This document shows positions 26,947 to 35,230 of a DNA stretch of 44,758 bases, piece by piece. The translations under genes were made by a program, and so were the position numbers. The stretch is taken from the NCBI GenBank assembly GCA_001643535.1, contig LXTG01000068.1, positions 1 to 44,758 of the forward strand, given 5' to 3'. The stretch comes from a candidate division NC10 bacterium SPGG6. GTDB lineage: Bacteria > Methylomirabilota > Methylomirabilia > Methylomirabilales > CSP1-5. The notes under the pieces were generated by a model, which was given only the letters and a program-made list of their open reading frames with translations, was not told where the DNA came from and ran no database searches. The stretch's first letter is position 1. Every line of letters begins with the position of its first letter.

Positions 26947-27011
26947 TCTGCGCCCCTCTCCTCTTTTATTTGCGTGCGCCGCTCAGCGAGATGAGGAGAT
27001 CCGAGGGGGTG

Positions 27012-27539
27012 TCAGCCCTTGCCCCCCCCTTTTCCACCGCCGGGGGCAGCAGGCGCCTTCGCTGCCGCTCCCGGCGGGGAACGAGGAGTCATAATGGTGG
27101 GATAGAAGCCGTCGGCGTGCATCGTCTCCATGTCGTAGACCAGATTGGTCCGACTGAACCCACCCAGTTCGTACTTGCCGGTCCACATGGAGATCGCGTC
27201 AAAGGGACACACCTCGACACAGAGGTTGCAGTACATGCAGAGGTTGTGGTCGATGACGAACCACTTGGGCCGCCGCGCCTTCCCCTTTCCCTCCCCCGCC
27301 AGGTGGATGCAGTTGGCGGGACAGATCCGGGCACACATGTCGCAGGCGGTGCACTTGAGCTCCTGCGACTCCAAATCGATCGTCAGGACATGTTGGGTCA
27401 AGGCCCGGGTGGGAAGCTGCCGCTTCTCCTCAGGATACTGGACCGTCACCGCCCGGGTGAACAGATACCGGAGTGTGATTTGCATCGAGAGGAGGATGCT
27501 CCAGAAGCCTCGCCAAATCTCTCGGAGATACCGCCACAT
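27012..27539 (-). CDS. nuoI: NADH-quinone oxidoreductase subunit I (2x[4Fe-4S])
   Basis: CTACDMCARICP and CMYCNLCVEVCP motifs, TVQYPEEK near the N-terminus, and a Gly/Ala/Lys-rich C-terminal tail. Confidence 0.9.
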   Translation of the reverse strand: MWRYLREIWRGFWSILLSMQITLRYLFTRAVTVQYPEEKRQLPTRALTQHVLTIDLESQELKCTACDMCARICPANCIHLAGEGKGKARRPKWFVIDHNLCMYCNLCVEVCPFDAISMWTGKYELGGFSRTNLVYDMETMHADGFYPTIMTPRSPPGAAAKAPAAPGGGKGGGKG

Positions 27540-27543
27540 TTTC

Positions 27544-28596
27544 TCACCCCATTGGCGAAAGGACTAATACGAGCAGCCCGGTGATCCCTAGATTCACAAA
27601 GGCCAGGGGCAGCAGGACCTTCCAAGCCACGTGCATCAGTTGATCTACGCGCACCCTGGCCAGCGTCCATCGAAGCCATATCATCACAAAGAGGAGGAAA
27701 TAGGTCTTGAGCAGGAACCAGACCCAGGGAGCCAACAGTGGACCCTGCCACCCCCCGAGAAAAACGGTGGTGGCAATGGCGCAGACGACAAACATATTCG
27801 CGTACTCCGCCAGGAAAAAGATGGCGAATCGCATCCCACTATACTCGACATGAAACCCGGACACGAGTTCCGACTCCGCCTCCGGGATATCGAAGGGGAG
27901 CCGGTTGGTCTCCGCCACGGCACAGGTGAAGTAGATGAGAAAAGCCAGGGGTTGCACCACGATTAACCATCCAGGGAGGATGCCAAGCCAGGTTCCCCCC
28001 TGATACTCCACGATGTCCGTCATCCTGAGAGAGCCCACTAGGAGGAGAGGACCCAGCAGGGAAATCACCAGGGGCACCTCGTAGCTCACTGCCTGCGCCG
28101 CGGACCGGAGCGCGCCCAACGCAGCGTACTTGTTGTTGGAGCCCCAGCCGGCCATGATGATTCCCACCACCGTGAGAGAAGAGATAGCAATGATGTACAG
28201 AATACCGATGTTGAGATCCTGCACGATGAGGCCGGGACCGAATGGAATTACCACATAGGTGGCCAACGATGCGGCGAAGACCACGATCGGGGCCAGGATA
28301 AAGACCGGCCTGTCGGCCCGGGTCGGGATGATGTCCTCCTTGAGCAGGAGCTTGAGCCCGTCGGCGATACTCTGGGCCCACCCGTGCCAGCCCCCGACCC
28401 GCATCGGACCGAACCGAGCCTGGATGTGGGCGCTGATCTTTCGCTCCCACCAGATCAGGAACATGGCCGACACCGAGATAAAACCGATGATGATGCTCAC
28501 CACCCCGAGCATGATGGCGAGGCGCGGAACGATCCACGGAATGCCCCACGCCTCAAAAAGGGCGTAAAATTGTTCGAGGGCTCCAGCGCTCACCAC
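27544..28596 (-). CDS. nuoH: NADH-quinone oxidoreductase subunit H
   Basis: 350-aa polytopic membrane protein with WWERKISAHIQARFGP, YAALGALRSAAQAVSYEV and ETNRLPFDIPEAESELVSGFHVEYSG. Confidence 0.95.
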   Translation of the reverse strand: MVSAGALEQFYALFEAWGIPWIVPRLAIMLGVVSIIIGFISVSAMFLIWWERKISAHIQARFGPMRVGGWHGWAQSIADGLKLLLKEDIIPTRADRPVFILAPIVVFAASLATYVVIPFGPGLIVQDLNIGILYIIAISSLTVVGIIMAGWGSNNKYAALGALRSAAQAVSYEVPLVISLLGPLLLVGSLRMTDIVEYQGGTWLGILPGWLIVVQPLAFLIYFTCAVAETNRLPFDIPEAESELVSGFHVEYSGMRFAIFFLAEYANMFVVCAIATTVFLGGWQGPLLAPWVWFLLKTYFLLFVMIWLRWTLARVRVDQLMHVAWKVLLPLAFVNLGITGLLVLVLSPMG

Positions 28597-28627
28597 CTAC
28601 ACCCTTCTTGCACCAGCAGTCGGCTAT

Positions 28628-28718
28628 TCGGATTTCGAATTGCGAATTTCGAATATGGGATTGGGGACTAAACACTTCCGTAGAAAATCCGAAATCCGCA
28701 TTCCCAAATTCGAAATGT
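28628..28718. repeat. heptamer-built imperfect inverted repeat in the nuoD|nuoH spacer
   Basis: Arm 1 (28628-28669): tcggatt tcgaatt gcgaatt tcgaata tgggatt ggggact. Arm 2 (28684-28718): aaaatcc gaaatcc gcattcc caaattc gaaatgt. 28645-28666 can pair with 28696-28717 at 18 of 22 positions. Confidence 0.85.
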
Positions 28719-28746
28719 TTGCAAGCTGACCGCTGGCAGCTATGGA

Positions 28747-29889
28747 TTAGCGGTCCACCTCGCACAGCACGATATCCACGCTCCCCAAGATCGCAACCGC
28801 ATCGGCCACCATATAGCCGGGGAGCATCACCGGCAGGGCGGAGAGATTGACAAAGGTCGGTGCGCGGACCTTGTAGCGATACGGCCGCTCGGACCCGTCC
28901 GCGACGATGTAGTGCCCCAACTCCCCCCGCGGGCTCTCCACCCGCGAATAGATGTCCCCCACCGGCGCCCGCAGCTTCTTCGCCACCGGGGCCAGGACCG
29001 GCCCCGGGGGAATCGCCTTCAAACCCTGCTCCACGATCTTGACCGATTGCTCCATCTCCTGGCGGCGCACCCAGAAGCGGTCCCACACATCCCCGTTCGG
29101 CCCCACCGGGATGTCAAACTCAAACCGGTCGTAGATCCCGTACGGGTCGTCCCGCCGCAGATCCCACCGGATCCCCGAGCCCCGGAGCATGGGCCCGGAG
29201 CAGGCGTAGCTGATGGCATCCTCGGGCTTGAGAATCCCCACCCCCTGGATCCGTTTCTGCCAGATGATGTTGTCGGTGCTGAGGCGGTCGTACTCGGACA
29301 GCCGCGGCGTGAACCACGCTAAAAACGCCTTCACATCCGCCAGCCACCCCTCCGGGACATCCAGGGCCAGCCCCCCAATCCGCATGAAGCTGTAATTGAT
29401 CCGTTGCCCCGAGACCGCCTCGAACAGGTCCAGGATCATCTCCCGCTCCCGAAAACACCACATGAAGAGGGTGAAGTTGCCGAGGTCGAGGCCAAAGGTC
29501 CCCAGCCAGATCAGATGCGAGGCGATCCGCTGTAGTTCCCCGATGATGACTCGGAGATACTCCGCCCGCGCCGGGATGCTGATCTCCATCAGCCGCTCGC
29601 AGGCGAGGCAGTAAGCCCAGTTGTTGTACATCGAGGCCAGGTAGTCGAGCCGGTCGGTGTACGGGATGATCTGGACGTAGGCGCGGTTCTCCCCGATCTT
29701 CTCGTGGCAGCGATGCATGTAGCCCAGGTAGGGGATGCATTCGCGCACCACTTCCCCGTCCAGCTTCAACAGCAGGCGTAATACCCCGTGGGTCGATGGG
29801 TGCTGTGGCCCCATGTTGACCCACATCTCCTCCATCGATTCGGTGGTCCGTTCTTTGACCTGCTGAAGGTGAAGGTTGATTGTCGTCAT
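28747..29889 (-). CDS. nuoD: NADH-quinone oxidoreductase subunit D
   Basis: 380 aa with NMGPQHPSTHGVLRL, GYMHRCHEK and the C-terminus DIVLCEVDR. Confidence 0.95.
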   Translation of the reverse strand: MTTINLHLQQVKERTTESMEEMWVNMGPQHPSTHGVLRLLLKLDGEVVRECIPYLGYMHRCHEKIGENRAYVQIIPYTDRLDYLASMYNNWAYCLACERLMEISIPARAEYLRVIIGELQRIASHLIWLGTFGLDLGNFTLFMWCFREREMILDLFEAVSGQRINYSFMRIGGLALDVPEGWLADVKAFLAWFTPRLSEYDRLSTDNIIWQKRIQGVGILKPEDAISYACSGPMLRGSGIRWDLRRDDPYGIYDRFEFDIPVGPNGDVWDRFWVRRQEMEQSVKIVEQGLKAIPPGPVLAPVAKKLRAPVGDIYSRVESPRGELGHYIVADGSERPYRYKVRAPTFVNLSALPVMLPGYMVADAVAILGSVDIVLCEVDR

Positions 29890-29901
29890 GCCGCCTGCTT
29901 C

Positions 29902-30408
29902 CTATGCCGTCGTCGGTCGGGGCACGCTTCCCGGCTTCCGATCCTCCCAGGGATAGGCAACAAACCGTTCATCCTGGTAATCCTTCCGGAGGGGATAGCC
30001 GATCCAGTCTTCGGGGAGGAGGATCCGCCGTAGGTCCGGATGGTTCTCAAACCGGATCCCGAACAGGTCAAAGGCCTCTCGCTCGTGCCAGTTCGCTGTC
30101 CCCCAGAGGGGGACCACCGAGCGGAGGACCGGCTCATCCTGGGGGACCCTCGCCCGGAGGATAATCTTCCCCGGCTGTTTGAGGGAGGAGATGGCATACA
30201 CCACTTCCATCTCTTTATCGGCAGTCCAGTCGACGCCGCTCAGGCAGTTCAGGTAATCGTACCCCAGCTCCTCCTTGATAAAGCGGCAGATCTCGAAATT
30301 TCGGTCTGCCTTGATGGTCACACAGGCCTCGCCACGCCGGACCTCTGCTGTTCGGATCTCCTCGCGGAACCGGGACTGAATCTGCTGAAGGATCTCTTCC
30401 GCCGTCAT
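29902..30408 (-). CDS. nuoC: NADH-quinone oxidoreductase subunit C
   Basis: 168 aa with ANWHEREAFDLFGIRFENHPDLRRILLPEDW. Confidence 0.9.
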   Translation of the reverse strand: MTAEEILQQIQSRFREEIRTAEVRRGEACVTIKADRNFEICRFIKEELGYDYLNCLSGVDWTADKEMEVVYAISSLKQPGKIILRARVPQDEPVLRSVVPLWGTANWHEREAFDLFGIRFENHPDLRRILLPEDWIGYPLRKDYQDERFVAYPWEDRKPGSVPRPTTA

Positions 30409-30417
30409 TGCATTAGC

Positions 30418-30508
30418 GTCCGATGTCCGAAGTTCGAAGTCCGATGTCGAACGTCACACAGTGGCCGGTCAATCCTGACGTCGGACCTCACACGTCGGAC
30501 GTCAGACT
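30418..30508. repeat. 13 consecutive heptanucleotides forming inverted GTCCGAN / TCGGACN arms in the nuoA|nuoC spacer
   Basis: gtccgat gtccgaa gttcgaa gtccgat gtcgaac gtcacac agtggcc ggtcaat cctgacg tcggacc tcacacg tcggacg tcagact. Confidence 0.85.
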
Positions 30509-30512
30509 TTCA

Positions 30513-30872
30513 CTAGACCCACTCGAGTGCCCCCTTGGCCCACGCGTAGGCGAGGCCGACCAGGAGGATCACGATGAAAATCATCATCTCAATGAAGGCA
30601 AACAAGCCGAGGGAGCGGTAGACAATGGCCCAGAGGAAGAGGAAGACCGTTTCCACCGCGAAGAGGATAAACATCAGGGTAAAGAGATAGTACCGGATGT
30701 GGATCCGGAGCCACGGGCCGCCGATGGGATCTTCACCGCACTCGTAGGTGGTGAGCTTTTCCGGCGTCGGATTCGCCGGGCGGATAATACGCGAAAGGAC
30801 ATCAATGTTGAGGACTACGAAGAGGAGGCCGACGATGAGGAAGAGCGCGACATATGCGTAATCGGCTGCCAT
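30513..30872 (-). CDS. nuoA: NADH-quinone oxidoreductase subunit A
   Basis: 119 aa with three TM helices, TTYECGEDP, and FILFAVETVFLFLWA. Confidence 0.9.
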   Translation of the reverse strand: MAADYAYVALFLIVGLLFVVLNIDVLSRIIRPANPTPEKLTTYECGEDPIGGPWLRIHIRYYLFTLMFILFAVETVFLFLWAIVYRSLGLFAFIEMMIFIVILLVGLAYAWAKGALEWV

Positions 30873-30883
30873 ACTCCCTCAAC

Positions 30884-30908
30884 AATAAAAATGCCCTTCG
30901 CAGGGCAT
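30884..30908 (-). terminator. rho-independent terminator-like hairpin (ATGCCCT-GCGA-AGGGCAT + T-run) between the cytochrome c gene and nuoA
   Basis: Minus strand: atgccct gcga agggcat ttttatt. The stem is 30891-30897 / 30902-30908 and the T-run is the reverse complement of 30884-30890. It ends about 11 nt before the nuoA ATG. Confidence 0.6.
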
Positions 30909-30996
30909 CACGTCCTGGGATAGTCTCCGAGCTTGTGAATTACGTTACTAAGTAGCATAAATTTTCCAGCGATGTCAAGTGAAATGTCGCCCGAAT

Positions 30997-31347
30997 TCAC
31001 CTTGTGTTCAGAGTCCTGACATACGCCAGGACATCCTCCCGGTCTTTCTCATCCATGCTCCACTGAAAGCCCGGCATCTTCCCTTTCCCCTTATTGATGA
31101 CCTGAAAGAGCTCCTGATCACTCTTGTCTTGCACTCTTTTTGAGGTGAAGTCCGGGATCTCGACCTGGAGCATCTGCACCATTCGGGGGCTGCCCTTGCC
31201 GTCCTCGGCATGGCACTTCAGACAGCGGACGGCATACACCTCCTTCCCGTTCGCGAGATCCGCAGCTACCGTCGGGGCCGGGACCAGGATGATCGAGGCC
31301 GCCAGGAAAGATCCTACGACCCAACTCTTGGTATCGTGCCTCACCAT
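30997..31347 (-). CDS. monoheme class-I c-type cytochrome with an N-terminal signal/anchor
   Basis: MVRHDTKSWVVGSFLAASIILVPAPTVAA.., the haem motif CLKCH, and a distal GKMPGF. GGAGG lies upstream of ATG 31347. The ORF-track extension to 31746 overlaps the upstream gene and is low-complexity. Confidence 0.85.
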   Translation of the reverse strand: MVRHDTKSWVVGSFLAASIILVPAPTVAADLANGKEVYAVRCLKCHAEDGKGSPRMVQMLQVEIPDFTSKRVQDKSDQELFQVINKGKGKMPGFQWSMDEKDREDVLAYVRTLNTR

Positions 31348-31490
31348 GATGCCTCCTTCCCCACTGTGGCATTCCCCGCGACACCATGCCACCCGGCCAC
31401 CCGAGGTCATATCCTCCCCGCTCCCGCGCATGGTATCTCTGTCAATCCCGACGCTCCAACGGGATTCCCTGGTTACTCTCCTCCCCCCCT

Positions 31491-32666
31491 TTAGCTGTCG
31501 CCCCCCTCTTCCGGCATGGCCGCAGATTCCTCGACGTCCGCCAGGTAATGGCAGGTCGAGCAGAGATCGTGGGGCTCTGCCTCTCCATCGGCAAGGAACT
31601 GTACCTCGCACCGGCCACAGCGGCGGTATGCCTTCTCCAATAGGATCTGCTGATCTTTTGAGGCAACAACTTTCAATGAAAGCCCTTGCCGGTAGGTCAG
31701 GGCATTCGGAATGCAGGCATCCAGACAGAGAGCACAGTTGACGCACCGACTTGCATCCACGGTGAGGCGGAAGGCCTCCTCGCCCCCTCCCCGCTCGATT
31801 GCCCCGGTGGGACAGATCTGGACACAGGCCTCACAGGCATTACACTTCACCTCGTCGAGGAGAAGCTGCGCAAAGGGACCTTCGGGATCGTAGGGGACTT
31901 CCCCGTCCTCAACTTCGAACTTCTTGAGAAAGTGAGGAAGGAGTCGATTCCGGAGAGGAAGAGAAGTCCTCCTCGTGGACCCTCTGCCCTGAAACGCCTG
32001 GGAGAAGTCGTCGAGGAAAGAAGCCATGAGCTGCATCCCTTCGCTTCTCACCCAGGTGAAAAACGCCCGACGGTCAGGGCCTACCGTCTTCCATCTCTTG
32101 TGTTTCCCGCGAGTCCCCTCCCTCTCCTCTATGATCCTCTCGGAAGATCCAGGAAGGGCTTGACCCCAGGTGCGAATCCGACCGAGCATCCGCCGGTATC
32201 GAGGCATCGCCTCTGGGTACGGGCACTTCTCGCAAGGCCCTCGCGTAAGGTAGACCTCTTGGGCCCCGAGGGCCAAGGCACCCAGCAAAATGGTCTCGTC
32301 CAGACGCGCCAGGCAGGGCAGGATGAGATCGGCTGATGCGGCATTTACGCTCTGTTCGCAGGTGATGGACAGGGAAGGGCTCTCTCGCAAGCGAGAGGCT
32401 ACCTGGGAGAGAAGCTGCCCCGCTGCCGCCCCGTTGAGATCAAAGGCGGAGACGGGACAGACGGTGAGGCAGACCCCGCAGCCGGTGCAGTCATTCAGGA
32501 CGTGGACCCCCCCACTGAGATCGATGCTCTGGACCGGGCAACTCTTCACGCACAGGTGACAGTCCGAAAGTCCAGAATGCTCCCGCAGACAGCGGGGTGT
32601 CTCGACTGTGGCCTGCGCCCCCCCTACCCGATGAAGGAAGCGTTCGAAACGGTCTAAGGGCTCCAT
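31491..32666 (-). CDS. multi-[4Fe-4S] ferredoxin-domain protein of unknown function
   Basis: Four CX2CX2CX3CP-type motifs (CHLCVKSCP, CTGCGVCLTVCP, CNACEACVQICP, CVNCALCLDACIP) flank a ~200-aa non-ferredoxin insert. There is a C-terminal CGRCE...CSTCH pair. Start at MEPLDRF (32666), because the ORF-track start at 32738 lies inside the heptamer repeat. Confidence 0.7.
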   Translation of the reverse strand: MEPLDRFERFLHRVGGAQATVETPRCLREHSGLSDCHLCVKSCPVQSIDLSGGVHVLNDCTGCGVCLTVCPVSAFDLNGAAAGQLLSQVASRLRESPSLSITCEQSVNAASADLILPCLARLDETILLGALALGAQEVYLTRGPCEKCPYPEAMPRYRRMLGRIRTWGQALPGSSERIIEEREGTRGKHKRWKTVGPDRRAFFTWVRSEGMQLMASFLDDFSQAFQGRGSTRRTSLPLRNRLLPHFLKKFEVEDGEVPYDPEGPFAQLLLDEVKCNACEACVQICPTGAIERGGGEEAFRLTVDASRCVNCALCLDACIPNALTYRQGLSLKVVASKDQQILLEKAYRRCGRCEVQFLADGEAEPHDLCSTCHYLADVEESAAMPEEGGDS

Positions 32667-32688
32667 CTTCGGTGACCGACAAGAAAAA

Positions 32689-32793
32689 GGTGACTGGTGG
32701 TCAGTGGCTAGTGGCTGGTGGTTTTCACCAATCACCAATCACCAGCCACCAATAATCCATGAACCCTCAACTCTCAACCCTGAACGCTGAATT
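32689..32793. repeat. spacer composed of 15 consecutive heptanucleotides (NGTGGNT x5, NNCACCA x4, CTSAACN x4)
   Basis: ggtgact ggtggtc agtggct agtggct ggtggtt ttcacca atcacca atcacca gccacca ataatcc atgaacc ctcaact ctcaacc ctgaacg ctgaatt. It shares a 19-mer with 12780-12798. Confidence 0.9.
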
Positions 32794-32795
32794 AC

Positions 32796-34085
32796 TCACT
32801 CTGGACTGACGACTTGGAGGGCCTCCTGGGCCGCCTCAACGGTAATCGCCACATCCTGGCTGGTGTGGGCGGCGGAGAGGAAAGCCGCCTCGAACTGAGA
32901 TGGGGGAAGGCTGATCCCTCGATCCAACATGGCGCCAAAGAAAGTGGCGTAGCGTTTGCTTTCGATCCGCTCGATATCCCGCTCATCCTGCACCGGACCC
33001 TGCGTAAAGAACAGGGTCCACATGGAACCAACCCGGTTGAGACAACAGGAGAGATTCGCCCTCCGATATGCCTCCTCCATCCCCTCGGCTAACGCTCTCC
33101 CCCGCTCCTCCAGATCACGGTAGACCCCTTCATCCCTCAAGAGGTTCAGGGTCTCGATGCCTGCCGTCATGGCCAGCGGATTGCCGGCCAGAGTCCCGGC
33201 CTGATAGACCGGGCCCAGTGGAGCGACCTGTTCCATCATCGCCTGACGACCCCCATAGGCTCCAACCGGCAGGCCCCCTCCGATGATCTTCCCCAGACAT
33301 GTCAGGTCGGGGCGAACCCCGTAAAGCCCCTGCGCCCCTCCGTAGCTCACGCGAAAGCCGGTGATCACCTCGTCAAAGATCAACAGGGCCCCGTATTGAT
33401 GAGTCAGTTCCCTGAGTCCCTCAAGGAAACCGGGCCTGGGCGGCACCACGCCCATGTTGCCTGCCACCGGCTCGACAATCACACACGCCACTTCCCCCCC
33501 CACCGCCTCCATGACCTCACGGAGCTGGTCCAGATTGTTATAGCTGAGCGTGATGGTCTCCTTCACCACGGCCTGAGGAACGCCGGCGGAATTCGGGATG
33601 CCCAGGGTCAGGGCGCCTGAACCGGCCTTGACCAACAGGCTATCGACATGACCATGGTAGCAGCCTGCGAACTTGACGATCTTGTCCCGCTTGGTGTACG
33701 CCCGGGCCACCCGAAGGGCACTCATCACCGCCTCGGTCCCGGAGCTCACGAAGCGGACCATCTCCACCGAGGGGAGGGCCTCGGTCACCCCTCTCGCCAA
33801 GGTGACCTCCAGCTCCGTCGGTGCCCCATAACTCGTTCCACGCTCTACCGCCTTCTGTAATGCCCTCACAACCTGGGGGTGAGCGTGTCCCAGGATCAAC
33901 GGTCCCCAGGACCCCACGTAGTCGATGTAGACCTTTCCGTCCACATCAAAGATCCTGGCACCCTCTCCCCTTTCGATGAAGAAGGGGCACCCCCCCACGG
34001 CCCGAAAGGCCCGGACGGGGCTGTTCACGCCCCCCGGAAGGTATCGCTGCGCCTCTTGAAAAAGATTCGCCGACTTCCTTCTCAT
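32796..34085 (-). CDS. hemL: glutamate-1-semialdehyde 2,1-aminomutase
   Basis: [12 protein letters not shown], class-III aminotransferase body, and [16 protein letters not shown] (the PLP lysine). Start at MRRKSANLF (34085); the ORF-track start is 34103. Confidence 0.95.
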   Translation of the reverse strand: MRRKSANLFQEAQRYLPGGVNSPVRAFRAVGGCPFFIERGEGARIFDVDGKVYIDYVGSWGPLILGHAHPQVVRALQKAVERGTSYGAPTELEVTLARGVTEALPSVEMVRFVSSGTEAVMSALRVARAYTKRDKIVKFAGCYHGHVDSLLVKAGSGALTLGIPNSAGVPQAVVKETITLSYNNLDQLREVMEAVGGEVACVIVEPVAGNMGVVPPRPGFLEGLRELTHQYGALLIFDEVITGFRVSYGGAQGLYGVRPDLTCLGKIIGGGLPVGAYGGRQAMMEQVAPLGPVYQAGTLAGNPLAMTAGIETLNLLRDEGVYRDLEERGRALAEGMEEAYRRANLSCCLNRVGSMWTLFFTQGPVQDERDIERIESKRYATFFGAMLDRGISLPPSQFEAAFLSAAHTSQDVAITVEAAQEALQVVSPE

Positions 34086-34249
34086 GGTCTCTCCCGCACC
34101 CATCGGCGCACCACTTTTTTATTAATTCCACCCGGCCTCGGTTCGGCGGACAGACCGATACCCAACTTCCACACCACCGTGATTGGAGGAATGGCACCCG
34201 GCAGATGTCTCAACGCGACGTCGGCGACCACGACGGGATGAAAAAGGAA

Positions 34250-35230
34250 TTACTCGGTCCGGCGAAGGAGCCGAGCGGCGTCTTTGGCGAAGTACGTGAG
34301 GATCAGGTCGGCCCCCGCCCGTTTGATGGCCGTGAGGATCTCCAACATGGCTCGCTCCTCCTCCAGCCATCCCAGTCTGGCGGCGGCCTTCACCATGGCG
34401 AATTCCCCACTCACATTGTAGGCGGCCACCGGCACGTCAAACTCGGTCCGGACCCGCCATAGGACGTCCAGGTATGCCAGGGCAGGCTTCACCATGACGA
34501 TATCGGCCCCCTCCTCGATGTCCATGGCGACCTCTCGTAAGGCCTCCACGACGTTTGCCGTATCCATCTGATAGCTCCGCCGATCCCCGAATTGAGGGGC
34601 CGACTCCGCCGCCACCCGGAAGGGTCCGTAGAAAGCCGAGGCGTATTTGGCCGCATACGACATGATCGCGACCTCCTCAAAACCGCTCGTGTCCAAGGCC
34701 TCGCGGATCGAGGCCACTCGGCCGTCCATCATGTCCGAGGGGGCCACGATGTCTGCCCCCGCCTCCGCCTGGGAGACCGCAGCCTTCGCCAGGAGTTCCA
34801 GGGTCGGATCGTTTTTGACAATCCCCTTCTCCACCACCCCGCAGTGGCCGTGACTCGTGTATTCGCAAAGACATGTGTCGGTGATGACGAGGAGGTCCGA
34901 GACCGAATCTTTAATGGCTTGCACGGCCTGTTGGATAATCCCATCCTTGGCGTACGCCTCGGATCCGTGGGCATCCTTATGCTCCGGGATGCCGAAGAGG
35001 AGAACCGCAGGGATGCCGAGGGTGGCAATCTCTTTGACTTCCCTGGTGAGCTGGTCCACAGAGAATTGGTAGTTGCCGGGCATAGGCGGAATTTCCTGTC
35101 GGATCCCGCGCCCGTGAACGACGAAGAGCGGCATAATGAGATTGTCCACCTGCAGGATCGTTTCCCGGACCATCCGACGGATCGTTTCCGACCGCCGGAG
35201 ACGTCGGGGGCGCCGCAATGGAAAATGCAT
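34250..35230 (-). CDS. hemB: porphobilinogen synthase (delta-aminolevulinate dehydratase), zinc-type
   Basis: [15 protein letters not shown], the Cys-rich metal site [14 protein letters not shown], and [10 protein letters not shown] (the Schiff-base lysine). Confidence 0.95.
   Translation of the reverse strand: MHFPLRRPRRLRRSETIRRMVRETILQVDNLIMPLFVVHGRGIRQEIPPMPGNYQFSVDQLTREVKEIATLGIPAVLLFGIPEHKDAHGSEAYAKDGIIQQAVQAIKDSVSDLLVITDTCLCEYTSHGHCGVVEKGIVKNDPTLELLAKAAVSQAEAGADIVAPSDMMDGRVASIREALDTSGFEEVAIMSYAAKYASAFYGPFRVAAESAPQFGDRRSYQMDTANVVEALREVAMDIEEGADIVMVKPALAYLDVLWRVRTEFDVPVAAYNVSGEFAMVKAAARLGWLEEERAMLEILTAIKRAGADLILTYFAKDAARLLRRTE

Noticed and set aside
26574-27584. 336-aa + strand ORF
   Set aside because: It is antisense to nuoI and to the small ORF at 26689-26946. 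Its composition is Pro/Arg/Ser-rich and no motifs are present.
31348-31746. N-terminal extension of the cytochrome c ORF to 249 aa
   Set aside because: The extension overlaps the 3' end of the upstream Fe-S gene and is Gly/Arg-rich. A GGAGG-preceded ATG at 31347 gives a normal signal peptide followed by CxxCH.
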